A DNA stretch of 64,000 bases from a virus (lineage: Duplodnaviria; Heunggongvirae; Uroviricota; Caudoviricetes), in IMG/VR virus record IMGVR_UViG_3300026488_000017, positions 40,396 to 104,395 of that record. The stretch is one strand, 5' to 3'. The stretch's first letter is position 1; each line of letters starts with the position of its first letter. The notes beneath the pieces are model-generated. The model was not told the origin of the DNA. It did not search any database and worked only from the letters and a program-made list of their open reading frames with translations. This document shows, piece by piece, positions 44,341 to 54,273 of the stretch. Both the position numbers and the translations under genes were made by a program.

Positions 44341-45531
44341 TTAAGCCCCTAAGAATGAACTGAATGGTTTGATTCTAGCACCTTCGTTGATTTTGATACC
44401 GTGCCTTTTCTCAACATAAGCTTCAACTTTTTGTTTAAAATCTTTATGTTCTCTAAGTTTAAGAAGTTCTACTGCTTTGAAATACATACCAGATTTAAGA
44501 GAAACATCCTCTTCTGCATCTTTCTCGATTTCTTGGCATTGACCACCATCAGTACAAAATAAGATTGCATAGAATCTATTAAGAGCTTTCTGCTTAACAT
44601 CTTTTGATAAATGTTTATTAGCTAATTCAAGAACTTTTATGAATGAGTGTAAATCTGTTGTTTTGAGGTTTGTTACATTAAATACTGTTTTCATTAGTGA
44701 AAGAAGATTAGTATCGTAAGTTTTTTCAGCAGGCTTCTTCTCTCTATAAACAGTCTTACCATCAATTTTAGTGTCGAGGACTTCGTAACCAGCAGTAACA
44801 CCTTTATCGACACTAAAATTTAGTAGTCTGATTTGACCTGGTTGTTTTGCTTTTACTTTCGGTTTTGCTTCTGTGTGAGTAGGAGAAACTACTATGAAAT
44901 CTTTATCTAATTCGTGTAGTGCACCTACTAATGCTCTCCAAAAGTGTTTACTAGCTACACCTTTCATCTGTGCTTTAGCATCTTCAAACGATGATGAGTG
45001 AGCGAATTTTGACCAATCAGATTGTACACCGTCTGTCATTTCAGAAAGCTCTAAGTCTAACTGTGCTTGTACTACTAAATCACCAAACTTAGCTTGAGCA
45101 ATACAAATAATAGTATTACCTAGTTTATCTTCGGTATTAGCATAGTTTCCAATATATGTCACATCTTTAGCGAATTCAGCAAGTGGAGTACCTTCAACAC
45201 CTTCTAAGAAATTAAAAATATCTTTCCCGTATTCTCTAGGAACAGCAACATCTAAATCCCCAGCAGATTGCTTATGTAATACTACTTCATCATCTTTATA
45301 ATCGGGTGACATAATAAAAGAAGTCGAACCGTTGAATACCCCACCGTTCATAATTTCTTTCTCGTTTGACCAAATCGGGTAACCAAAACTGTTTTTGAAA
45401 GATTTATTCATCCCGAGTAAAAAGTCTTGGAATTTTTTAACGAACTCTTTACGACCTATATCTTTTAGAGGTATTCTTTCTGCAGATACTTCTTTACCTG
45501 ACTTTGTTTTTATCGTTGTATTTCCACCCAT
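44341..45531 (-). CDS. hypothetical protein
   Basis: 396-aa ORF. Confidence 0.45.
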   Translation of the reverse strand: MGGNTTIKTKSGKEVSAERIPLKDIGRKEFVKKFQDFLLGMNKSFKNSFGYPIWSNEKEIMNGGVFNGSTSFIMSPDYKDDEVVLHKQSAGDLDVAVPREYGKDIFNFLEGVEGTPLAEFAKDVTYIGNYANTEDKLGNTIICIAQAKFGDLVVQAQLDLELSEMTDGVQSDWSKFAHSSSFEDAKAQMKGVASKHFWRALVGALHELDKDFIVVSPTHTEAKPKVKAKQPGQIRLLNFSVDKGVTAGYEVLDTKIDGKTVYREKKPAEKTYDTNLLSLMKTVFNVTNLKTTDLHSFIKVLELANKHLSKDVKQKALNRFYAILFCTDGGQCQEIEKDAEEDVSLKSGMYFKAVELLKLREHKDFKQKVEAYVEKRHGIKINEGARIKPFSSFLGA

Positions 45532-45532
45532 A

Positions 45533-45796
45533 TTATTTCACCTTTAAACCAAAAGAATCTGCTAAATCAAAGAATTTCTTTTGTAAGGATTGTTTTACTG
45601 TAAATGTTAATTCTTCAGTTGAACCGTATTTACTAAACGACCAATTCTTCTTTCCTATAAGTTTCTCGATATTATTCAGTAAATCCTCAAATGCCGATAT
45701 TTCATCATTATTTTCTATATCTTCACTAAAGTCTTTTATGTTTGTGCTCATATACACAAAATCTTGTTTCTCTGATATTAAATCTTTAAATGTCAT
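45533..45796 (-). CDS. hypothetical small acidic protein
   Basis: ORF. Confidence 0.35.
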   Translation of the reverse strand: MTFKDLISEKQDFVYMSTNIKDFSEDIENNDEISAFEDLLNNIEKLIGKKNWSFSKYGSTEELTFTVKQSLQKKFFDLADSFGLKVK

Positions 45797-45821
45797 ATTA
45801 TTCTCCGTCTTTTTCTTATAT

Positions 45822-46064
45822 TTATACTGATAATTGGTCTTTGGGAATCATTGATAAATCTTCATCGAAAGCTGAGATGAATTCGTTCATAGTCTTGTAT
45901 TCACCTGATTGGATGTCATCTTCATATTTGAATACTAGATTGCTCAGGTTATTTGTCGTAGCTAACCCGTGTGTGATTTTTATTGCTTGTAGCATTACTC
46001 TGTTGTACATATCGATACTGATAGTCCAAACTAATTCTGCTTTTTGTTCTTTAGATAATTTCAT
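45822..46064 (-). CDS. hypothetical small protein
   Basis: ORF with promoter motif upstream (46078-46114). Confidence 0.35.
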   Translation of the reverse strand: MKLSKEQKAELVWTISIDMYNRVMLQAIKITHGLATTNNLSNLVFKYEDDIQSGEYKTMNEFISAFDEDLSMIPKDQLSV

Positions 46065-46075
46065 TAAAATCCTTC

Positions 46076-46116
46076 TTTATACTGGTATTATAACATAAAA
46101 GACCTTAAGGCTTGAT
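46076..46116 (-). promoter_or_regulatory. conserved promoter motif
   Basis: ggtattataacataaaagaccttaaggctt. Confidence 0.45.
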
Positions 46117-46637
46117 TAAACAAGCACAGGAGTGTAATTATTTAGCTCGACAGCAAAATTTCTGTGAGGTATTTTTGTACTGGTGTAGTGTTTTGTGTGA
46201 GAGTGTCCGTGCCAGACCTCTTCGATAGCATTCTCTTCTGCAATTTTCTGTAACTGCTCTATTTCTTTTTGATATTCATTATCATATTGACCGATTTCTA
46301 AGGGATAGTGACAAAGCAGTACCTTATCAACGATTATGTAGTCTTGAACTGACTCAAAACCTAAGTCTATATAGTATTGATTTGGCTTATAATCGTGATT
46401 ACCTTTGATGAGAATTTTAGTTCCATTCAAAGATGATATAATTTTCTCTATAAGTTCTTGGCCGTTTTCATACAGCTTTAAACCACAAGAAACATCACCT
46501 AAATGGATAACTGTATCATCTGGTTTTACAATATTATTCCAATTTTCTATCATTAATTGATTGTGATTCTGTGGTCTGTTTGTGAATTTGATTATGTTTT
46601 TGTGTAGAAAATGCGTATCTGAAATTATATATGTCAT
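46116..46637 (-). CDS. metallophosphoesterase (calcineurin-like phosphatase)
   Basis: IISDTHFLH ... HLGDVS ... GNHD motifs. Confidence 0.6.
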   Translation of the reverse strand: MTYIISDTHFLHKNIIKFTNRPQNHNQLMIENWNNIVKPDDTVIHLGDVSCGLKLYENGQELIEKIISSLNGTKILIKGNHDYKPNQYYIDLGFESVQDYIIVDKVLLCHYPLEIGQYDNEYQKEIEQLQKIAEENAIEEVWHGHSHTKHYTSTKIPHRNFAVELNNYTPVLV

Positions 46638-46692
46638 ACTGTTCCTTTAGATTCTTTAGAGAGAGGACTTTAAAAATCCTCTCGAAAATAAC

Positions 46693-47112
46693 CTATTTCT
46701 TTGAAGAAGAAACACGACCAGTAAATGGTAATATCAAGACAACGACAAAGGCAATCACTTGTGAAGTACTAAGACCATCTAAGTCAGCCATCGTAGGGTC
46801 GATTGAACCCGCAAGATAATCTGTTAGCATAATCATAATGACAATTTTGGCGAATGCTACTATCATTAGCAATACTGAAGCACTGGCACCAAGAACTGAA
46901 CCTAAGACAGCACCGAGTTTACCTCCGACATCTGCTCCACCTGCTCCACCACCGACTGTACCCATAAAGATGATAACTAAACCAAAAATACTCAAAATAC
47001 CAGCAAAAATCCAATATAAAATATTGATTGACTCAACAGCATTGATTAAACTCGCACCGAACATTTCTGGACCCATCCAGTAACCTAATAAACCTACAAT
47101 TAAACTTAACAT
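46693..47112 (-). CDS. Gly-rich membrane protein
   Basis: hydrophobic, GGGAGGADVGGKLGAVLGSVLG segment. Confidence 0.4.
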   Translation of the reverse strand: MLSLIVGLLGYWMGPEMFGASLINAVESINILYWIFAGILSIFGLVIIFMGTVGGGAGGADVGGKLGAVLGSVLGASASVLLMIVAFAKIVIMIMLTDYLAGSIDPTMADLDGLSTSQVIAFVVVLILPFTGRVSSSKK

Positions 47113-47145
47113 ATCTTTCCTTTGTGTTTTTGTTCTATCTCTCTT

Positions 47146-47190
47146 GATATACTATATTATAACATACCTTTACTTAAAGCTTTATTAACT
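47146..47190 (-). promoter_or_regulatory. conserved promoter motif
   Basis: tatattataacatacctttacttaaagcttt; followed by the 16-nt palindrome aatcgtatatacgatt (47192-47207). Confidence 0.4.
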
Positions 47191-47376
47191 AAATCGTATA
47201 TACGATTTTATGCCTTGTTCATTCGTTAAAACTGTGAGTTCTTTGTCTATAACGCATTCACTAAGTAGTGCTACAAGTTCATCATACTCCATAAAGTTTG
47301 TTTTGGCTAAAACAATTACATCGTGTTCTTTAATTATTTCGTGTTTGTCTATGTATTTTCCTATAATGTATCTCAT
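47185..47376 (-). CDS. hypothetical small protein
   Basis: ORF with promoter motif upstream. Confidence 0.35.
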   Translation of the reverse strand: MRYIIGKYIDKHEIIKEHDVIVLAKTNFMEYDELVALLSECVIDKELTVLTNEQGIKSYIRFS

Positions 47377-47392
47377 AATAAATCCTTTAACT

Positions 47393-47438
47393 TTAGTATG
47401 TAATAGTATAACATACTAGACCTTAAGAAGAGATTAAA
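47393..47438 (-). promoter_or_regulatory. promoter motif variant
   Basis: gtaatagtataacatactagaccttaagaag. Confidence 0.4.
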
Positions 47439-47447
47439 GGGTGTAGT

Positions 47448-47831
47448 CTATTTAATCCCGTAGCGAGAATTAGCTCTATCTCTTAATTTTTGGTCTTTTG
47501 CTTTTCTAGCATCTGGTTTTTTTCTAAGAGTCTTAGTTCTTCTTTTTGAACCTTTCTTTTTGTTCATTTTTTCAGAACCCGAAATGTGAACACATTTACC
47601 TTTACTTGAGCTATATTTCTCATTGTCGCCAGAACAAGTGTAAGTAATTTTTTTCTTAAATTTACCTTTACTGTCTTTTACAACTTTCTTTACTTTCTTT
47701 TTACCTTCATCTAGTATAGCATCCGTTTCGATAGCAGTTACAGAACATTCTGTTAATAAATCTTTAAAGTCTTTCATAATTCCACCCATTTGTTTATTGG
47801 TATTTATACGGGTGGAAAATGAGCCTACCAC
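47448..47831 (-). CDS. highly basic protein (possible nucleic-acid-binding)
   Basis: Lys/Arg-rich throughout (KKKGSKRRTKTLRKKPDARKAKDQKLRDR). Confidence 0.4.
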   Translation of the reverse strand: MVGSFSTRINTNKQMGGIMKDFKDLLTECSVTAIETDAILDEGKKKVKKVVKDSKGKFKKKITYTCSGDNEKYSSSKGKCVHISGSEKMNKKKGSKRRTKTLRKKPDARKAKDQKLRDRANSRYGIK

Positions 47832-50749
47832 TCATCTTCATCTATTTGTGCATCTTTGTGCGTTAAGTCCCATTTAAGCGGGTCTGTAATAAGTTTTATG
47901 GGTTTCATAAAACCTTTCTCAAACATCGTATCGTAATCGATATATTCTTTCAAATCTTTATCAAAAATTCTATTCTCTTTGAAAGCAAAAGCATTACTGT
48001 TACCACAAGTGTTTGGTATCTTCATATAAAGAAACGAGATTTTGTCTCCAGCTTCAATATCTTTTATTTTCAAATCAGCGTTTTTCTTAATGTACTGATT
48101 ATGTACAAGACTTGCTCTCGAATTCACTGGTGCACCTAACCATTTCTCACCAGTCCATTTCTTGAATTTCTTTTCAGATTCGTCCCAATCATAATCTAAT
48201 GAAGTAACACCTTGGTTAATTGAAATATCTTTAGGGTCTTGATTAATCGTATCTTCTTGTACTTTAGCTATGTAATCGATAACTTTTGGAATATCACCAT
48301 CGATAAGAATTTCCATTGCTTCTTGTAGTTCTTGTCGATAAAATTTAGGTGTCGTTGAACGAACCATACTTAATCCCGTTACTTTTAGTTTCGGTTTAGC
48401 AAGTGTAACACCTTCATCCCAATACTTTCTCGCAAAATACATTTTAGGTTTGATACTAATAAAATTATCACAAATAACCTCAGGGTCTTCTTGTAATTTC
48501 TCTGGTAAGAAAGCATTAAGAGTAAAAGCATAAACATTATCTAATTTATCTCTTACAAGTGGAAGAGCTACTTTGTTGATGTAGTTCAAAGTAAAATCGA
48601 TAAGTTCTTGTTTCTCGATTTTATCTTCATAATCTTTACCATATTTTCTCTCAACAACTTTTTCTAATGTTAAATAACAACTATCTGTATCAGCTTGTAC
48701 AACATTATCAAGATAAGTTTTTGAACCATATCTCATTTCGATGTCTTCTTGTGCACCTAATTGATTAGCTCTGATACTCTGCTCTTGACTGATAAGAATG
48801 TTAGCTATTCTTGATGTACTCGTTACCGCCGCACTAAAGTACTCAGGCTGTCCAGCAAATACATTAGCTCTCATACTTAATGAACCGTACATACTGTTAA
48901 GAAGAATTTTTACACCCATTTGGTATGTATCATCTTTATCTCTTAACATTGAAATTTCTATTTTCTTAGCATTAAGCTCATCTACATTTGTAGCACCATT
49001 AGCAATTTCAACCTTAATATCTTCAATCTCTTGTTCTTTTGTTTTCATTGCTCTTTTATATGCTTTTCTATCTTTGATAAGATTCTCAATAATAGTACTC
49101 GTAATACTTCTGTGTGCCTTCGTAAAGAACATTCCATTTGGTGTAGCACAAACATTATGCTTATTCAATACAGTATTAATTTCTTTCATTACTGTTTCAT
49201 TTCGTAACACATTATCAATAAAGTAAAAGTCGAATTTCTCTAACTCTTTAGGGTCAGCATCTTTAGGGTAGTAAATGAAATATTTAGCTCTTAGGTCTAA
49301 TAAATCAGGATGTAGATTCTTAGGTTCAATAAGAGTATCAATACCAATATTCGCCCACATAATAGCACTAGGATATAATGATGTAAAATCTAGTGAGAAT
49401 ACCCATTTTCTAAAAGAACCAGTACCTCTAGTCCACCCACCTGGGAATCGTTGTCCGTGTAATTCCGGGTCAGCCATAAGTGCTTCGAAAAAATCTTTCT
49501 TTTCTTCACCATAATCGTTACTCAAAATATGTTTAGGTAAGACTAAATCATTTTCAGGAAAAGCATTCTCTAACGGAAGTACATAACCTGAATTTAGTGA
49601 TTCATTGTAAATAAATGAATTCCACTGTTTTAAGGTACCACTAACATCAGATAACGAAACACCACAGTTATATGAAATATATTTAGCAAGGTCAATAAGT
49701 TTTAGTTTATTGTCGAGTTCGAATAACAGCGCGACATCTTGGATGCCATACAAAATAAAATTATCATAATCATTATGATAGAAATCACCGAAATCTGTGA
49801 ACTCATCGTGTTCTACTTTAGCTGTACCAAGTTCGTGACCAACAACTGAATCCAAAGAATAACTTGTAAGAGTCGTATATGTGTATTTGTGATAAAAATC
49901 TTTGTAATCTAAAGTGAAGTAACCTTTCCACTGAAATGTATCTTCTTTACCGAAATTTGTTTGTACTTCTCTGTGAGTTACTTTACCTACTGGAGATAGT
50001 TGAGATACATAACCTCCACTTAAACAATCTGTGTTAAAAGTGAATTCTTTACCTTTTTGTGAGTATAAATCGCTTCTTTTGTCTAGGACTCTGATAATTC
50101 TGTTTGTAATGTAAGGGTAATCATAGAATTCTGAATTCCAACCAGCCATTACTGTTGGGTTTCTTCTTTTAAGAATTTCTAAGAAAGTTTTAAGCAATTT
50201 TTCTTCTGATTCCATCTTGATGTAACGAATCTTACCGTGAGGTGACTCAAAATTAGTTTTGTTTTCCCAATCCTTTTCAAGACCAAGTATATAGAACTCT
50301 TTTGATTTTGTGTCATAAATTTGTATAGATGAAATCGCTGCCATCGCTGCTCTAGCGTGTTTTGTAGGTTTCCAATCGTTCTTCTCACCATCAGGAAGTA
50401 CTAGCGTTTCTATATCGATGTACCAGGTGTGAAATTGATGGTCATTATCATTAGGTTTACCAAAGTTTTCTCTAATATAACCTTGTTCTAATGATTTATT
50501 ACCATATGTAGCGATACCCGAACCTGAATATAATGCCGTAGCATCTTTGTACTCTTTGAGTGTTTTGTATCTGAATTCTTGGATGTTATCTTTTGTTGTG
50601 ATTGATTTAAAATCTGAAGGTTCATCACTCTTTAGGTAAAGAGGTGGTACATATCGAACTGCTTTCAGTTCTGAATCTCCAGTTTCTGTGTCGAATGTTC
50701 TAGCATATAAATTGCTACCACTTTTAAATATGTTTTCGTATAATGTCAT
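47825..50749 (-). CDS. family-B DNA polymerase (T4 gp43-like)
   Basis: exo I YIDIET; motif A LDFTSLYPSAI; motif B KILLNSMYGSL; motif C VQADTDSCY; 974 aa. Confidence 0.85.
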   Translation of the reverse strand: MTLYENIFKSGSNLYARTFDTETGDSELKAVRYVPPLYLKSDEPSDFKSITTKDNIQEFRYKTLKEYKDATALYSGSGIATYGNKSLEQGYIRENFGKPNDNDHQFHTWYIDIETLVLPDGEKNDWKPTKHARAAMAAISSIQIYDTKSKEFYILGLEKDWENKTNFESPHGKIRYIKMESEEKLLKTFLEILKRRNPTVMAGWNSEFYDYPYITNRIIRVLDKRSDLYSQKGKEFTFNTDCLSGGYVSQLSPVGKVTHREVQTNFGKEDTFQWKGYFTLDYKDFYHKYTYTTLTSYSLDSVVGHELGTAKVEHDEFTDFGDFYHNDYDNFILYGIQDVALLFELDNKLKLIDLAKYISYNCGVSLSDVSGTLKQWNSFIYNESLNSGYVLPLENAFPENDLVLPKHILSNDYGEEKKDFFEALMADPELHGQRFPGGWTRGTGSFRKWVFSLDFTSLYPSAIMWANIGIDTLIEPKNLHPDLLDLRAKYFIYYPKDADPKELEKFDFYFIDNVLRNETVMKEINTVLNKHNVCATPNGMFFTKAHRSITSTIIENLIKDRKAYKRAMKTKEQEIEDIKVEIANGATNVDELNAKKIEISMLRDKDDTYQMGVKILLNSMYGSLSMRANVFAGQPEYFSAAVTSTSRIANILISQEQSIRANQLGAQEDIEMRYGSKTYLDNVVQADTDSCYLTLEKVVERKYGKDYEDKIEKQELIDFTLNYINKVALPLVRDKLDNVYAFTLNAFLPEKLQEDPEVICDNFISIKPKMYFARKYWDEGVTLAKPKLKVTGLSMVRSTTPKFYRQELQEAMEILIDGDIPKVIDYIAKVQEDTINQDPKDISINQGVTSLDYDWDESEKKFKKWTGEKWLGAPVNSRASLVHNQYIKKNADLKIKDIEAGDKISFLYMKIPNTCGNSNAFAFKENRIFDKDLKEYIDYDTMFEKGFMKPIKLITDPLKWDLTHKDAQIDEDEW

Positions 50750-50796
50750 TAATATCCTTTTATGTACTGTAATACCCGATTGGTACAGTTTTTCTA

Positions 50797-50830
50797 TGAG
50801 TATATTATAACATAAAAGGACTTAATTTCT
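50797..50830 (-). promoter_or_regulatory. promoter motif upstream of the DNA polymerase gene
   Basis: gagtatattataacataaaaggacttaat. Confidence 0.45.
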
Positions 50831-51115
50831 TGCTCGTCCTCTCATATAATCTTCTATCATTTCTGCTTCTGATTTTGTTTGTACGACTTTCGTTTGAGTG
50901 ACTTTTCTTTTTCTCTTAACTGTTTTCATCCCTGGTACAGTGCATCTTGTTGCTGGTTTACCCGGTTTACCTTTTACATTTCTTTTGTATTTTGTTACAG
51001 ATTGTAATGTTATCGGTGATTCAACATCTACAGCAAACGAAGTATCTTCTGCGATACCAAACTCTCTCATTAATGAATCTATTTCTTCATTCTCGTATTC
51101 ATAAGTATAACTCAT
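50822..51115 (-). CDS. hypothetical protein
   Basis: ORF between pol and helicase with its own promoter motif. Confidence 0.4.
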   Translation of the reverse strand: MSYTYEYENEEIDSLMREFGIAEDTSFAVDVESPITLQSVTKYKRNVKGKPGKPATRCTVPGMKTVKRKRKVTQTKVVQTKSEAEMIEDYMRGRARN

Positions 51116-51132
51116 AATCTTATCCTTTGTTA

Positions 51133-51178
51133 CTTTATATGTAATATTATAACATAGGTTTCCTTAGAGCCTTCTTAA
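51133..51178 (-). promoter_or_regulatory. conserved promoter motif (full copy)
   Basis: ctttatatgtaatattataacataggtttccttagagcctt. Confidence 0.5.
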
Positions 51179-52596
51179 TCGAAATTTAATTGCCCTACAT
51201 CCATCTGAGCTACCATTCCTGTCGGGTTCTGAAGACCTAAATCAGGCATTGAAGAAGCAATTTTATTGATTCCTTGTGCCATAACAGCATTACTATCATT
51301 CGATACCATATCTTCCCCATCCCAATCAGAAAATCTCATCTTAGGGAAGTCTGCCTTAACCATAACAGAATCTAACGAACCAGTATTTCTATTCTTAGCA
51401 AATTTCCATATCATTTGATTCATTTCTTTCATTTGGTCATTCTGAATAAAGAGAACAGCTGTATCTGCTGTCTGAATAATACCTAGTGAATCTGCTACTG
51501 ATTCTAAACCAGCATCAATATTCCCGTAAGCACCACGATTTAACTGAGCGAATGTAAGAAGAGGTAAACCAATTCCGTCTTTGTTATTTGGGCAAGTCTT
51601 AGCGAAACCGTGGAGTTCTTCTGCTATTAGCTTGTAATATGAATATGTCCCTCCAGATTTATCTAATGTCGTTCTTGAAGAAGCCATTAAGGTTAGGTAA
51701 TCGATTACAATCATATCGAAAGAAATATCGTGCTCATTTTTTAGGTCATTCACGAGTGATTCTAGCATTAGCGTATTGAAAATACCTGCAGCGAATTCCT
51801 TGATGACCATTTTACCAAGAACGGGTTTAACAGCATTAAACTGTTTTGCTATATCCTCTCTAGGCATTGTCTTAAATTCGTGAGTAGCTATATCCAAAAT
51901 ATTAGCATCCACTCTTAGACCGATTTGTTCTTCAGGCATTTCTAGTGTCACAAATAATACATTTTTACCTTGAAGCACATTGTGTGCAGCAATACTGATA
52001 CCACCAACCGTTTTACCACCGTGAGATACAGCCATTAAAAGATTTAGCGTCTTATCAAATAGACCTCCGCCTAGTGCTGAGTCGATTGCTGGAATACCAG
52101 TCGTTAGACCGTGTTGTACTTGCTTGTAATAGTCGATTCGGTCTTCAATGCTATCATTATATTTCATACCTATATCAGTATCAAAATTAATTTTTAGTGC
52201 ATCTGTAATCATTCCTACGATAGGGTCGAATGCACTATCTTTTTGTATGATGTCAGCTGAAGCAAAGATTGCCTTCGTAAGCTCTTGTTTTTGAACCCAT
52301 TGCTGAGTACTTTTTAGAAAGGGTTTGATGTTGGTGACCCGTTCTTCGAGTGCCAATTCTTTGAATCTAGCTAGTACTGGAGCCTTGAGCTGATTACTGA
52401 TTGTACCTGAGTTTTTTATTTGTAACCCGATGTCTTTGATTGTTGGTCTTACGGAGTGGTCTGTCATATATTTTTGAATCTCTCCAAAAATCGTACTGTT
52501 TTCTACGGATTCAAAATGCTCTGTCTTGATGAAAGAATAACTTTTCCCAAAGTATTCCTCCGATTTCATTAGTGTTTGAAGTACTGCATTTTCCAT
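51175..52596 (-). CDS. replicative DNA helicase, DnaB family (T4 gp41-like)
   Basis: DnaB-type core (HGGKT..., VLFVTLEM H1a-like); about 473 aa, as for gp41. Confidence 0.65.
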   Translation of the reverse strand: MENAVLQTLMKSEEYFGKSYSFIKTEHFESVENSTIFGEIQKYMTDHSVRPTIKDIGLQIKNSGTISNQLKAPVLARFKELALEERVTNIKPFLKSTQQWVQKQELTKAIFASADIIQKDSAFDPIVGMITDALKINFDTDIGMKYNDSIEDRIDYYKQVQHGLTTGIPAIDSALGGGLFDKTLNLLMAVSHGGKTVGGISIAAHNVLQGKNVLFVTLEMPEEQIGLRVDANILDIATHEFKTMPREDIAKQFNAVKPVLGKMVIKEFAAGIFNTLMLESLVNDLKNEHDISFDMIVIDYLTLMASSRTTLDKSGGTYSYYKLIAEELHGFAKTCPNNKDGIGLPLLTFAQLNRGAYGNIDAGLESVADSLGIIQTADTAVLFIQNDQMKEMNQMIWKFAKNRNTGSLDSVMVKADFPKMRFSDWDGEDMVSNDSNAVMAQGINKIASSMPDLGLQNPTGMVAQMDVGQLNFD

Positions 52597-52611
52597 TCTT
52601 ATCCTTTATTC

Positions 52612-52652
52612 GTTTATATAGTACATTATACTATTTTTCTACTTAACTATTT
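52612..52652 (-). promoter_or_regulatory. promoter motif variant upstream of the helicase gene
   Basis: tatagtacattatactatttttctacttaac. Confidence 0.35.
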
Positions 52653-52656
52653 TTAA

Positions 52657-52926
52657 CTATTTTGTGAACTGCGATTTAGCTCCATATACTCTCTGTTTTG
52701 TACCAGTGACGCATCTATGATTCTGCTCATAAAGGTTATCTGCTATATCTCTGTATTGAACAGCTTGTTCGTGAGAATTTGCTGTCATAGCTTTCTTAGC
52801 ATTTTTGATACTAGCCTCTTTTAAATAATAGCATTCTTTCGTTGTATTCTGGTCTTCGTATTTGTCTAAAGACACAAAACCTTGTAACGATAGAGCTAAT
52901 AATAATGATAATATTATCTTATACAT
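52657..52926 (-). CDS. small secreted/membrane-anchored protein
   Basis: N-terminal signal-like MYKIILSLLLALSLQGFVS. Confidence 0.35.
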   Translation of the reverse strand: MYKIILSLLLALSLQGFVSLDKYEDQNTTKECYYLKEASIKNAKKAMTANSHEQAVQYRDIADNLYEQNHRCVTGTKQRVYGAKSQFTK

Positions 52927-53255
52927 TCTGGTTTGTCCTCCTCTAATCTTTTCTGCATATTATATGATTCTTTTGGAAATTTGTCATATTTTACCTTTAA
53001 AGAGAATAGAGTATTATAATTCAATTCATAATCTTCCCACTCTGAATTGCTAGGAGCACAAGGATTTTTCTCGGCATAACGAACCATCGGTGAAAGCATT
53101 TGTTTTTGAAATATTTCGTGTTGTTTTGTGTTAGTAGCTATGTCACTCTTTATTTCGCGGTAACCACCGATTGTACCACCGGCTAATGTGATGAGTGCTG
53201 TGATTGTGCTAATAAGTAGCTTAGTGTTTTTCAGGTATTCGAATATTTTATCCAT
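52914..53255 (-). CDS. hypothetical protein with N-terminal TM
   Basis: LISTITALITLAGGTIGG hydrophobic segment. Confidence 0.35.
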   Translation of the reverse strand: MDKIFEYLKNTKLLISTITALITLAGGTIGGYREIKSDIATNTKQHEIFQKQMLSPMVRYAEKNPCAPSNSEWEDYELNYNTLFSLKVKYDKFPKESYNMQKRLEEDKPECIR

Positions 53256-53277
53256 AAAGATTCCCCTTTATGAATAT

Positions 53278-54273
53278 TTATCTCTGAATCGGGCCTTGAC
53301 CTGAATATAACCTTAAGGTATGCTCCATTATCTCATCTGCCTTTACAGATAATAAACGGCCTAGATTCACGATGGCTTCATTGTCACCTTGTAATGTCGA
53401 ACCCATACCCATAGCGTGTGTATGCCCACCGGCTGTAGTCACGCCAGGTATTGTCATAGCGTAATCTATGAGTAAATCTTTAAATATCTTAGCTTCAGGC
53501 TCTGTGATTTTATTTGAGAGCCGAATACTAGCTGAACCATATAGTGTCACATTTACATAACACAAAAAGTCTGGAAAATCTATTGTAATATGAGAACGAT
53601 AATCATCTAGGTAACAAAGCAATAGAGATTTATTCTCTGCTCTGAATAATCTACCTGACTCTTGGAGTTTCTTGAATACTTTGTCTTTCTTTTTGAAAAG
53701 AGTGTCGATTTTCTCATTATCAGCCAGTCTAACCTTCGTAACATCTTTGAATCTTAAAAAGAATCTTCTTGGAAGTAAATCCCAAAATAATTCATTCATT
53801 CTTAGCCCTTCAGTAAATAAAGGGTCCTTTAACTGCCATAAATCGTAAGCATCCACTACATCGATAAAATGTTTTAATTCTTTATCTGTTTCTAGTCCTT
53901 TATGTTTTAGTAAGAACAAATATGTAAGCTTAGTAGCACAAAATTTCTTCGACACCATAATCTTAAGGTTGTCTGTTTTATATGTAGTTGGGTCGTAAGT
54001 GTAATCGTGGTGGTCAATATAGTTAAATTCTATATGCGAGTGTAAGTTTGCTAAATCTTGAACAAATCTCATTTCTTTTTCTGTAATATTTAAGTCTGTT
54101 ATATAAACTTCTCTTATGTTTGACCTAGTATGGAGCATATCTTCCATTATCTCTAGTTGTTCTTGAACCCTAGAATAAGCAGCATTTAGAGGTAATATAT
54201 TACCATAACATTTTGATAGTGCTATTTGTGCACCGACACCGTCCAAATCGTTATGAGATAAACTTATAATCAT
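53278..54273 (-). CDS. DHH/DHHA1-family phosphoesterase (NrnA/RecJ-like)
   Basis: N-terminal SHNDLDGVGAQIAL (DHH motifs I/II) and C-terminal TTAGGHTHAMGMG (DHHA1 GGGH motif). Confidence 0.55.
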   Translation of the reverse strand: MIISLSHNDLDGVGAQIALSKCYGNILPLNAAYSRVQEQLEIMEDMLHTRSNIREVYITDLNITEKEMRFVQDLANLHSHIEFNYIDHHDYTYDPTTYKTDNLKIMVSKKFCATKLTYLFLLKHKGLETDKELKHFIDVVDAYDLWQLKDPLFTEGLRMNELFWDLLPRRFFLRFKDVTKVRLADNEKIDTLFKKKDKVFKKLQESGRLFRAENKSLLLCYLDDYRSHITIDFPDFLCYVNVTLYGSASIRLSNKITEPEAKIFKDLLIDYAMTIPGVTTAGGHTHAMGMGSTLQGDNEAIVNLGRLLSVKADEIMEHTLRLYSGQGPIQR

